From a candidate division WOR-3 bacterium (GTDB taxonomy: Bacteria > Hydrothermota > Tepidihabitantia > Tepidihabitantales > Tepidihabitantaceae): a stretch of 64,000 nucleotides of DNA. Below the pieces are notes generated by a model. That model ran no database searches, was not told the DNA's origin, and saw nothing but the letters and a program-made list of their open reading frames with translations. The first letter of the stretch is position 1. Each line of letters opens with the position of its first letter. The translations under genes and the position numbers were made by a program. The stretch is from the NCBI GenBank assembly GCA_965648905.1, contig CBFGIT010000003.1:32001-96000 (forward strand), given 5' to 3'. Shown here piece by piece: positions 52,296 to 60,431 of the stretch.

Positions 52296-54764
52296 ATGAC
52301 GAAGCTGAAAGTACTCATTGGCCCGAACCCGGGTCAGGAAATCGAAGTCACGGGTGCGGGCGTGCTGTTCGGCTATCGCGGTGAGAAGCTGAGGGCCGCG
52401 GCTGCGAACCGCGCTGCGTATGGCCTGCCCGAATCGGGCGAACTCAGGCTCGTTGAATACCAGGACCCAGGCCATACGTTGTCCGGCCTGCATGCCTGGG
52501 TCGGGTTCAACCGCCAGGGCGAGCTTGTGGTCCGGGACCTGGGCTCAAGGAACCACGTCTATGTCGGTTCAAGCGACGAGCCGGTCAAGGAGGCGCGGCT
52601 CAGGCACGGCGACAAAGTCAGGCTTTGTCGCGGCGGGGCAGTGACCTTCTCGGTCGAACTCGAAGAGCAGCCTGCCTGTGGCGCGACAATCCACGGCCCA
52701 GTGCCGTGCCCGGCGCCCGGGCAGCCTGCGGTCGTGAAGATGCCCGGCAACGTGCTCACCATCGGCCGGGCCCCGGACAACGACCTTGTGCTCGACTTTC
52801 CCCAGGTGTCGCGCCACCACTGCCGGATTGTGCGCCAGGACGACGGCACGCACATTCTTGACCTGAACTCGACCAACGGCACTTTTGTCAACGGCCATCG
52901 GGTGAAACAGGCCCGGCTTGCGGTCGGCGATGTCATCAACCTCGGTTCCTACGCGCTCTGCTTTGAGCAGGACCGGCACTTCAGCCAGGCCAGCCCAGCC
53001 GGTCGTGCCAGCCTTGTCTGCCACGACATCCGCAAAGCAGTCAAAGACAAGGTCATTATCCAGGGCATCTCGTTTGTCTCCTGTCCGAGCGAGTTCACCG
53101 GCCTTGTCGGTACCTCAGGCTCGGGCAAGACCACGCTCCTGAACGTCATCACCGGCTACGACAACACCGCGACCGGCCAGGTGCTGCTCAGCGGGGTTGA
53201 CCTGTACGAGCACTACGATGCTCTGCGCGGCAATATCGGCTACGTGCCGCAGGATGATATCATCCACCGGACTTTGACTGTGGAACAATCGCTCTACTAC
53301 ACTGCCCGGCTCAGACTGCCGGAAGACACGACCAAAGACGAAGTTCGGCGCCGGGTGGACAAGGTGATTGCCGACCTTGGTCTGGAAGGCTGTCGTCACG
53401 TGCGCATCGGTGACCCGGTGAAGCGCGGCATTTCCGGGGGCCAGCGCAAGCGGGTCAACCTTGCTCAGGAACTCATCACCGAGCCGGCCTGTCTTTTCCT
53501 GGACGAGCCTTTGTCCGGGCTCGACCCCTCGACCGCGGTTGAAGTTACCGAAGTCCTTGCCGACGCGGCCCGCAGCGGCCGGAGCGTCATTCTCACCACG
53601 CACAACGTCGAGTCGCCCCGCACCTTTGAGGTGCTCGGGCTGGTGCTCCTGATTCATGCCGGCCGCCTGGTCTACTATGGCCCGGCCCGCGAGGTCTTCG
53701 ACTACTTCGGATTCGGCCGCGACTACCCGCCCACTGTCCTTTCTCATCTCCAGGGCAAGTACTGTCCCAAATGCGACCGGGCGTTTGTCAAAGCCACAGG
53801 CCCGGTGCGCGACTGCCCGGGCTGCCACGAAGACCTCTACAAAGACCCGGAGTACTGGGAAACGAAGTTCCGCAATTCTGCCTGGTATGCAAAATACGTG
53901 GCCGGCCGAATGGAGGTGAGAAGCGTCAGCACCGGGGTCGGCCGCAAGGTCAAGCGCCAGCAGGCCAACGGACTGCGCCAGTGGTGGATACTGGTTCAGC
54001 GCTACTGGAAGATGAAACTCGCCGACACTGCCGGCACCGCGGTCCTGATGGCCCAGGCCCCGGTCATCGCCGTGCTCATCGGCCTGGTGTTCGGCAACAA
54101 AGGCTACCAGTACATGGGCGGGGTGCTGTTCATGATGGCACTCGCTGCCATCTGGTTCGGCGCAACCAACTCCTGCCGCGAAATCGTGGCCGAGCTTTCG
54201 GTCTACCGCCGCGAGCGGATGGTCAACTTGAAGATTGCGCCCTACATCCTTTCCAAGGCATTTGTCCTTTCGGTCTTTCTGCTGGTCCAGTGCCTGGTGC
54301 TTGCTACCATCGTCAAGCTGATGGTCAAACAACTGCCCGGCAGCATACCGGGTTTCACTGCGGTGCTCTTGCTCGGCGCGGTTGGCGGCTCAAGCATGGG
54401 CCTGCTCATCTCGGCCCTGCTCTCCTCGACCGAAGGCGCGATGGGTCTGGTCCCGGTCACACTCATACCTCAGGTCCTCTTTGCCGGCATGGTTGTGTCC
54501 TTGCCTCAGCTCGGCCCGATGAAGTTCCTGGCCAACTTCATGGTCTCGCGCTGGGTCCTTGATGCGCTCTCTCATTTCAGTACCAGGACCACCGGCGAGG
54601 TCATCACTGCTCTGGCCGCGACCGAAAAGGGCGGAGCAATCTTCTACTGGTTCGACGAGATGCCGAGCCTCGGCATGTCGCTCGACGTCCTCATCCTCCT
54701 TGTGCTCACCGTAACCTTCACCATCCTCACCGGCATCGCGCTCAAGGCGAAGGACATAGTTTGA
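52296..54764 (+). CDS. FHA-FHA-ABC ATPase-ABC2 permease fusion (Rv1747-like architecture)
   Basis: FHA motifs (GR.PDND, VSRHH, DLNSTNGTFVNG; first FHA degenerate). Walker A GTSGSGKT, ISGGQRKR, FLDEP. Multi-TM C-terminus with REIVAE...YRRER. Confidence 0.9.
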   Translation: MTKLKVLIGPNPGQEIEVTGAGVLFGYRGEKLRAAAANRAAYGLPESGELRLVEYQDPGHTLSGLHAWVGFNRQGELVVRDLGSRNHVYVGSSDEPVKEARLRHGDKVRLCRGGAVTFSVELEEQPACGATIHGPVPCPAPGQPAVVKMPGNVLTIGRAPDNDLVLDFPQVSRHHCRIVRQDDGTHILDLNSTNGTFVNGHRVKQARLAVGDVINLGSYALCFEQDRHFSQASPAGRASLVCHDIRKAVKDKVIIQGISFVSCPSEFTGLVGTSGSGKTTLLNVITGYDNTATGQVLLSGVDLYEHYDALRGNIGYVPQDDIIHRTLTVEQSLYYTARLRLPEDTTKDEVRRRVDKVIADLGLEGCRHVRIGDPVKRGISGGQRKRVNLAQELITEPACLFLDEPLSGLDPSTAVEVTEVLADAARSGRSVILTTHNVESPRTFEVLGLVLLIHAGRLVYYGPAREVFDYFGFGRDYPPTVLSHLQGKYCPKCDRAFVKATGPVRDCPGCHEDLYKDPEYWETKFRNSAWYAKYVAGRMEVRSVSTGVGRKVKRQQANGLRQWWILVQRYWKMKLADTAGTAVLMAQAPVIAVLIGLVFGNKGYQYMGGVLFMMALAAIWFGATNSCREIVAELSVYRRERMVNLKIAPYILSKAFVLSVFLLVQCLVLATIVKLMVKQLPGSIPGFTAVLLLGAVGGSSMGLLISALLSSTEGAMGLVPVTLIPQVLFAGMVVSLPQLGPMKFLANFMVSRWVLDALSHFSTRTTGEVITALAATEKGGAIFYWFDEMPSLGMSLDVLILLVLTVTFTILTGIALKAKDIV

Positions 54765-54799
54765 TGACCGCCACCAGCTCACAGCCGACAGCCCACAGT
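54765..54799 (+). repeat. Heptamer array, left arm of an inverted pair
   Basis: tgaccgc caccagc tcacagc cgacagc ccacagt. Confidence 0.75.
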
Positions 54800-54803
54800 T
54801 AGT

Positions 54804-55169
54804 ATGCGGGACATCAGAAGCTATGCCGTGTTCAAACTGGCAGACAGACTGGTGCTGGACGTGTACCGGGCCACCGCGCGATTCCCGAAAAGCGAGCTGT
54901 TTGGTCTGACATCCCAGATGCGGCGGGCAGCGTACTCGATTCCCATGAACCTGGCTGAAGGCGCGGCCCGGCGAAGCCAGAAGGAGTTCGCCCGAGCGGT
55001 AGACATTGCTGTCGGCTCTTGCGAAGAAGTGCGTTACCAGCTACATCTCGCGGCCGAACTCGGCTACCTGGAGCGTACGATTGCCCACAGAATCGATTCT
55101 GAGTATGAACAAGTCAAGAAGATGCTGTCGAAGCTCTTGCAGCGGCTGTCCGAGACCCCGGAGCTGTGA
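54804..55169 (+). CDS. Four-helix-bundle protein (23S rRNA-IVP family, Avd-like fold)
   Basis: VY..T..FPKSELFGLTSQMRRAA.SIP.N.AEG.AR, GS.EE..YQL. Confidence 0.92.
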   Translation: MRDIRSYAVFKLADRLVLDVYRATARFPKSELFGLTSQMRRAAYSIPMNLAEGAARRSQKEFARAVDIAVGSCEEVRYQLHLAAELGYLERTIAHRIDSEYEQVKKMLSKLLQRLSETPEL

Positions 55170-55190
55170 GCTGTCGGCTGTAGGCGGTCA
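55163..55190 (-). repeat. Heptamer array, right (inverted) arm
   Basis: Reverse complement reads tgaccgc ctacagc cgacagc tcacagc. Confidence 0.75.
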
Positions 55191-55193
55191 GCG

Positions 55194-57140
55194 ATGATTG
55201 GCTCCACCGTCGGCAACTACCGCCTCGTCGAGGAAATCGGCCGGGGCGGAATGGGCACGGTGTACAAGGCTGTGCACGTGCGCATCGCGGAACAGGTTGT
55301 TGCCGTGAAGCACCTTGCGCCCCTGCTCATCTTCGGCGACTCAGGCGCGGCCCAGCGGGCCAAAGAAGAAGCCAGCTCTCAGGCCCGGCTCAAAGACCAC
55401 CCCAACATCGTCTCGCTCTACGACTACGTCGAGACCGGCGAGGGGCTGTTCCTGATTATGGAGTACGTCCGCGGAGTCCAGGGCATGCGCAACATGGCCG
55501 AGCTGGTCCGGCGCTGCGGGCCTCTGCCTCTGGACGAGCTGAAGCGACTGTTCGGCCAGGTTCTCTCCGCGGTCGGGTTCGCGCACAGACAGGGCATCAT
55601 CCACCGCGACCTGAAGCCCCTGAATATCATGCTCTCCGAGTTTGGGGCCAAGGTCGGCGACTTCGGTATTGCGCGGATTGTGTCCGGCGACACCAGCGTC
55701 TCGGTCTCGGGCCACCGCGTCGGCACTCCGGCCTACATGTCGCCGGAGCAGGTGCTGTACAAGAAACTGACTCGGGCGACCGACATCTACTCGCTTGGCT
55801 GCACCCTGTATGAACTGGCAACCGGCAGGCTGCCGTTCAAGGCTTCGGAAACCTCGTCCTTCTTCGAGGCGCACTTACAGGACCCGCCAATTCCGCCGCG
55901 CTCGGTCAACCCGGCGCTTCCTGAGCGGCTTGAACAGGTCATCCTCAAAGCCATGGCCAAGAAACCGCAAGACCGGTTCCAGACCTGCGAAGAGTTCGCC
56001 GCGGCGCTCCAGAGAGTGGGTGTGGCTTCGCAACCGCGGCCCGAACCGGCTGAACCACTACCAGACAAGACCAGACCCGAGCCGGAGCCGACCCCGAAGC
56101 CCCAGCCCGGACCCCTGCCTGAGTTGCAAGACGAAGCGCGAAGGCCCAGGCGCGGCCGCCGGGCGGGGTGGCTGATTGGCCTGAGCCTTGCCGGCGTGGT
56201 CGCGATTGCCGTGACTGCGGCCTTGGTCCGCGCTCCTCGCTCCTCGCCCAGCGTTCAGCATTCCTATTCCTCCCCGGGCCGTGAGCTGTCAGCGGAAAGC
56301 GGTTGGCGTTCTCTGGGCCGCAACGCTCAGGGCTATGACGAAATCCTCTGGCTCAAGGACTCGTCGGTGATGATACGAATCCCGGCCGGTGAACTCTGGA
56401 TGGGCAGTGCTGAGGGCGAAGGTGCCAGCGACGAGCGGCCGCAACACAAGGTCTACTTGAGCGAGTACTACATCGACAAGTACGAGGTGACGAACGAGCA
56501 GTTCGAGCGGTTTGTGAAAGCGACCGGCTACCAGACCGATGCCGAGCGGCTCGGGTCAGGCTATGTCGATGACAAGGGCTCCTCGAAATTGATAGACAAG
56601 AAAGGCGTGAGCTGGCGCACTTACTATGGCTACGCCACGAGAAACCACCCGGTTGTGCTCGTGTCGTGGAACGATGCCAAGGCCTATTGTGACTGGGCGG
56701 GCAAGCGGCTGCCGACCGAGGCCGAATGGGAGAAAGCAGCGCGTGGCACTGACGCGCGCAAGTATCCCTGGGGCAACAGCGAACCCGACGGAAGTCGGTG
56801 CAATTACGCAGACAAGAACACCGACTTCTTCTGGCGCGATGCCAACGATGGATACGCTCAGACTGCGCCGGTCGGCACGTATCCTGCTGGTGCTTCGCCC
56901 TATGGCTGCATGGACATGGCAGGCAATGTCTGGGAATGGTGCAATGACTGGCGTGACGGAGACTACTGCAGCACAAGCCCGAGCAACAACCCGGAAGGGC
57001 CGTCGTCTGGCTCGTTCCGCGTCCTCCGTGGCGGTTCCTGGGCCCTCGATGCCAGGTTCCTGCGCTGCGCTCGTCGGGCCGGGGGCGTTCCATCGCTCCG
57101 GACCTACTTTCTGGGCTTCCGTTGTTCCTTGCGTCAGTAG
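55194..57140 (+). CDS. Receptor Ser/Thr kinase-TM-FGE/CLec protein; DGR target 1
   Basis: GRGGMG, VAVK, HRDLKPLN, DFG, GTPAYMSPEQ. RRPRRGRR then TM WLIGLSLAGVVAIAVTAALV. FGE domain. C-terminal VR. Confidence 0.95.
   Translation: MIGSTVGNYRLVEEIGRGGMGTVYKAVHVRIAEQVVAVKHLAPLLIFGDSGAAQRAKEEASSQARLKDHPNIVSLYDYVETGEGLFLIMEYVRGVQGMRNMAELVRRCGPLPLDELKRLFGQVLSAVGFAHRQGIIHRDLKPLNIMLSEFGAKVGDFGIARIVSGDTSVSVSGHRVGTPAYMSPEQVLYKKLTRATDIYSLGCTLYELATGRLPFKASETSSFFEAHLQDPPIPPRSVNPALPERLEQVILKAMAKKPQDRFQTCEEFAAALQRVGVASQPRPEPAEPLPDKTRPEPEPTPKPQPGPLPELQDEARRPRRGRRAGWLIGLSLAGVVAIAVTAALVRAPRSSPSVQHSYSSPGRELSAESGWRSLGRNAQGYDEILWLKDSSVMIRIPAGELWMGSAEGEGASDERPQHKVYLSEYYIDKYEVTNEQFERFVKATGYQTDAERLGSGYVDDKGSSKLIDKKGVSWRTYYGYATRNHPVVLVSWNDAKAYCDWAGKRLPTEAEWEKAARGTDARKYPWGNSEPDGSRCNYADKNTDFFWRDANDGYAQTAPVGTYPAGASPYGCMDMAGNVWEWCNDWRDGDYCSTSPSNNPEGPSSGSFRVLRGGSWALDARFLRCARRAGGVPSLRTYFLGFRCSLRQ
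57008..57132 (+). repeat. DGR variable region VR1
   Basis: 125 bp, colinear with TR. 24 mismatches, all at TR adenines. Confidence 0.97.
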
Positions 57141-57212
57141 TCTTATCTGTGAATCTGGTAATCTGGGAATCTGAATATCTGGTCTTCCTACAGCGGCGGC
57201 GAAGCGGCCGCT
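57133..57212 (+). promoter_or_regulatory. DGR target-recognition region 1: IMH end, 5xATCTG array and GAA-loop hairpin
   Basis: 57110..57189 is identical to 60401..60480. Hairpin AGCGGCGGC-GAA-GCGGCCGCT (57192..57212) has one mismatch. Confidence 0.75.
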
Positions 57213-57225
57213 CGCGCGCATTTCT

Positions 57226-57576
57226 ATGGCAAAGACTGAGTTCCTGGTGATTCAGCGGAGCTACGATTTCACGAAATGGCTGCTTCAGCACACGCAGAAG
57301 TTTCCTAAGTCGCTTCGCTTCTCACTGGCGGTCAGAATGGAGAACCGTATGCTGGAGGCGCTGGAGTCAGCAGTGGTTGCCAACATGAAGCGGGACAAGC
57401 TCACGTTGCTGGCGCGGGCTGATGAGGCATTGGAGTCGCTTCGGATACTGGTGCGGCTCAGCTTTGAGATGAAGGTGCTGGCCGCCAACTCCTACGAGTA
57501 TGCGGCCAGGGAACTGGATGAAATTGGCAAACTTCTGGGCGGCTGGATACGGCAGCAAAGCCGGCCGACCGGTTGA
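57226..57576 (+). CDS. avd: DGR accessory variability determinant
   Basis: YD...WL.....KFPKS.RF.L..R, L..LR.LVRL, YE.....L.EIGKLLGGW. Immediately precedes TR. Confidence 0.92.
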   Translation: MAKTEFLVIQRSYDFTKWLLQHTQKFPKSLRFSLAVRMENRMLEALESAVVANMKRDKLTLLARADEALESLRILVRLSFEMKVLAANSYEYAARELDEIGKLLGGWIRQQSRPTG

Positions 57577-57591
57577 GGGCACAGGCAGAAA

Positions 57592-57716
57592 TGGCTCGTA
57601 CCGCGTCAACCGTGGCGGTTCCTGGAACAACGATGCCAGGAACCTGCGCTGCGCTAATCGGAACAGGAACGAACCATCGAACCGGAACAACAATCTGGGC
57701 TTCCGTTGTTCCTTGC
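57592..57716 (+). ncRNA. DGR template repeat (TR)
   Basis: Reads GSYRVNRGGSWNNDARNLRCANRNRNEPSNRNNNLGFRCSL with 11 AAY codons and 29 adenines. Lies between avd and RT. Confidence 0.97.
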
Positions 57717-57746
57717 AGCAGTTGCAGCATGACCGCCGAACTGATG

Positions 57747-57768
57747 CCGCCGGTTCACGGACCGGCGG
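57747..57768 (+). other. Hairpin in the TR 3' spacer (DGR RNA structure)
   Basis: CCGCCGGT-TCACGG-ACCGGCGG, perfect 8-bp stem. Confidence 0.6.
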
Positions 57769-58046
57769 ACTGCGGCGAGCGGCTACTGAAGTGCCTGTTT
57801 CCTGAGTCTGCGCCACTCTTCCCGCCGTCTTTGCGAGGGCTGCGGATTGAGGCGCGGTGTAGACCAAAATGGAGGAGTCCGGGTGCCGGCAATTGAGCGG
57901 TCTTCGTCAGCCAAAGTCGGCACCCGGGCGCTGACGCCGGCGACCCCTCATTACATGAGGGACACTGGGGAAGCAAGCAGGGCGTTCAGGGTGACTCGGC
58001 GGTGTTGTGTTCTCGAGCCGCCGGCTAGGGGTCGTCGGGCCGGGCA

Positions 58047-58319
58047 CCGGCGACTCCTCGGAGACCCTCGGAGTGACAGCCCCTCTGTCATTCCGAGGAA
58101 CGAAGCGACGAGGAATCGCCGGGCTGCAGAGCAACTCGGAGTGACAGCCCTTCTGTCATTCCGAGGAACGAAGTGACGAGGAATCGCCGAGCTGCAGGAC
58201 AACCATGAAACAGTATTACGTCCCCCCTTCCGCCTTCCGCCGACCGGCGACTCCTCGGAGAACCTCGGAGTGACAGCCCCTCTGTCATTCCGAGGAACGA
58301 AGTGACGAGGAATCGCCGG
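58047..58319. repeat. Three REP-like palindromic repeats (58047..58122, 58135..58189, 58244..58319)
   Basis: Core CTCGGAGTGACAG-CCCYT-CTGTCATTCCGAG followed by GAACGAAGYGACGAGGAATCGCCG. Copies 1 and 3 add an outer CCGGCGACTCCTCG arm. Confidence 0.9.
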
Positions 58320-58322
58320 CCG

Positions 58323-59372
58323 ATGCCGCCCAGTCTTAGCGGGTTGTTCGACCGACTGACGAGCTTCGACAACCTGCTGGCCGCGTTCCTGAAGGCCCGA
58401 CGCGGTAAGCGCCTCAGACCGGCGGTCGCTGCGTTCGAGTTGGACCTTGAACACGAGCTTCTCCGGCTGCAGGACGAACTGACTGCCGGCACCTGGCGGC
58501 CCGGCAGCTACCACAACTTCTACGTCCACGACCAGAAGCGCCGGCTGGTCACCGCAGCATTTTTCCGCGACCGGGTCGTGCACCATGCTCTGCTGAACGT
58601 ACTGGAGCCGGTGTTCGAGCCTTCGTTTCTCTACGATTCGTATGCCTGTCGCCGCGGCAAAGGCCAGCATCGAGCGATTTGCCGCTACCAGCGCTGGTCG
58701 CGTGGACACCAGTACGTCCTGCGCGGCGACATACTCAAGTTCTACCCGAGCGTTGATCACGCGATTCTCCTGCAGTTGCTGAGCCGGAAGATCCGAGACC
58801 GAAGAGTCCTTGCCCTGTGCACGATGATTGTCCGGAGTGGGACCGGAATCCTGGACTCGGAGTATCGGATTACCTGGTTTCCGGGTGATGACCTGTTCTC
58901 GCCCCTGGGGCGACCGCGCGGCATTCCCATCGGCAACCTGACCAGCCAGTTCTTTGGCAATGTCTACCTGAATGAGCTGGACCACTTCGTGAAAGAGCAA
59001 CTGTGCTGCCGGTGCTACCTACGGTACATGGACGATGTCGCGGTGTTCGGGGATGACCCGAGGTCACTGGCGCTGGCAAAGCGGCGTATCAGCGAGTTTC
59101 TGGCCGGCCTGCGGCTGACCCTGCGCCCGGAGAAGACGCGCGTCTGGCAGACCGGCGACGGAGCCGAATTCCTCGGGTTCCGCGTATTCCCCGGGCATCG
59201 GCTGGTGCGTAAGGCCACGGCCTATCGGTACGGCCGGCACCTGAGACGGTTGAGTCGCAGGCAGGTGCGTGCATCTCTGACTGCCTGGTTCGGGCACGCC
59301 TGCCACGCCGATTCGTTCCGACTGAACGCCGAGCTTCTGAGACGGGCCGGGCTGCTCGCCGTGTGGTGTTGA
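58323..59372 (+). CDS. DGR reverse transcriptase
   Basis: NL..AF.KARRGK, KRRL, FRDRVVHHAL, SYACR.GKG.H, DI.KFYPS.DH, GIPIGNLTSQFFGNVYL, YLRYMDD, FLGF. No maturase or endonuclease domain. Confidence 0.97.
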   Translation: MPPSLSGLFDRLTSFDNLLAAFLKARRGKRLRPAVAAFELDLEHELLRLQDELTAGTWRPGSYHNFYVHDQKRRLVTAAFFRDRVVHHALLNVLEPVFEPSFLYDSYACRRGKGQHRAICRYQRWSRGHQYVLRGDILKFYPSVDHAILLQLLSRKIRDRRVLALCTMIVRSGTGILDSEYRITWFPGDDLFSPLGRPRGIPIGNLTSQFFGNVYLNELDHFVKEQLCCRCYLRYMDDVAVFGDDPRSLALAKRRISEFLAGLRLTLRPEKTRVWQTGDGAEFLGFRVFPGHRLVRKATAYRYGRHLRRLSRRQVRASLTAWFGHACHADSFRLNAELLRRAGLLAVWC

Positions 59373-59396
59373 CAAGCCTGTCCTGCTTGCTAGATT
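59369..59396 (+). promoter_or_regulatory. Promoter TTGACA-N16-TAGATT overlapping the RT stop, probably leaderless
   Basis: TG precedes the -10 box. 6 nt separate the -10 box from the ATG at 59403. Confidence 0.6.
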
Positions 59397-59402
59397 TACC
59401 GC

Positions 59403-60431
59403 ATGCAAAGGCAGACGAGGAGCGGGTTCCGCGTTTCGCGTTTGGTGCTCATCGTTCTCCTCGGTCTTTTCGTCCTCCTCTCCCTCGCCGCGAAGAAGTG
59501 CCCCAAGTGCGGCAAGGAGTACGACGACGACCAGAACTTCTGCGCGATGTGCGAGGACTCCGCGGGCGGGCCGGTCCGGCTCAAGCCGGTCGAGAAGCCC
59601 AGACCCAAGCCCAAGGCGCCAAGAGCCGAAAGCTCACAGCCGCAAGCTCCGGCCGGGACACAGTATGTCTCGCGGGGCCGCAACGCTCAGGGCTATGACG
59701 AAATCCTCTGGCTCAAGGACTCGTCGGTGATGATACGAATCCCGGCCGGGGTCTTCACGATGGGCTCAGATGACGGAGGGAGCGGCGAGAAGCCGGTGCA
59801 CCAGGTCTATCTCGATGAGTACTACATCGACAAGTACGAGGTGACGAACCGCCAGTACAAGAAGTTCTGCGACGCAACCGGCCGGAGTTATCCGCCTGAC
59901 CCGGACTTCCTTGCCATGGCTAATTACATCACGAACTACCCATCTTACCCGGTTGTCAATGTCTCATGGGAAGACGCCAAGGCCTACTGTAACTGGGCCG
60001 GCAAGCGGTTGCCGACCGAAGCCGAATGGGAGAAAGCAGCCAGAGGAACAGATGCGAGGAAGTATCCGTGGGGCAATTCGGAGCCGAATGCCGGCGGAAT
60101 CTACCGGGCGAACTACGACCCCGGGAGCTACACCGAAGACGGGTATGCCCGGACAGCCCCAGTCGGCTCCTTCGAGCGCGGCGCGAGTCACTACGGCTGT
60201 CTGGACATGGCAGGCAACGTCTGGGAATGGTGCAATGACTGGTATGACGAGAACCACTACAACGCAAGCCCAAGAAACAACCCGCAAGGCCCTTTGTCTG
60301 GCTCGTACCGCGTGCTCCGTGGCGGTTCCTGGGGCATCGATGCCAGGTACCTGCGCTGCGCTTATCGGTTCAGGCTCGATCCTTCGTACCGGAACTACTA
60401 TCTGGGCTTCCGTTGTTCCTTGCGTCAGTAG
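59403..60431 (+). CDS. Signal/TM + zinc-ribbon + FGE/CLec protein; DGR target 2
   Basis: Hydrophobic N-terminus, CPKC..FCAMC, FGE motifs, C-terminal VR. Confidence 0.95.
   Translation: MQRQTRSGFRVSRLVLIVLLGLFVLLSLAAKKCPKCGKEYDDDQNFCAMCEDSAGGPVRLKPVEKPRPKPKAPRAESSQPQAPAGTQYVSRGRNAQGYDEILWLKDSSVMIRIPAGVFTMGSDDGGSGEKPVHQVYLDEYYIDKYEVTNRQYKKFCDATGRSYPPDPDFLAMANYITNYPSYPVVNVSWEDAKAYCNWAGKRLPTEAEWEKAARGTDARKYPWGNSEPNAGGIYRANYDPGSYTEDGYARTAPVGSFERGASHYGCLDMAGNVWEWCNDWYDENHYNASPRNNPQGPLSGSYRVLRGGSWGIDARYLRCAYRFRLDPSYRNYYLGFRCSLRQ
60299..60423 (+). repeat. DGR variable region VR2
   Basis: 125 bp. 16 mismatches at TR adenines plus one synonymous C>G near the 5' end. Confidence 0.97.

Noticed and set aside
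57500..57805. 101-aa ORF spanning the TR
   Set aside because: Asn-rich translation of the template repeat that overlaps avd. TR functions as RNA.
58047..58319. CRISPR array
   Set aside because: Only three long palindromic units, irregular spacing (12 and 54 bp), no cas genes. REP-like instead.
58323..59372. Group II intron or retron RT
   Set aside because: No maturase/endonuclease domain or retron VTG motif. The SQ motif, avd and A-specific TR/VR pairs identify a DGR.
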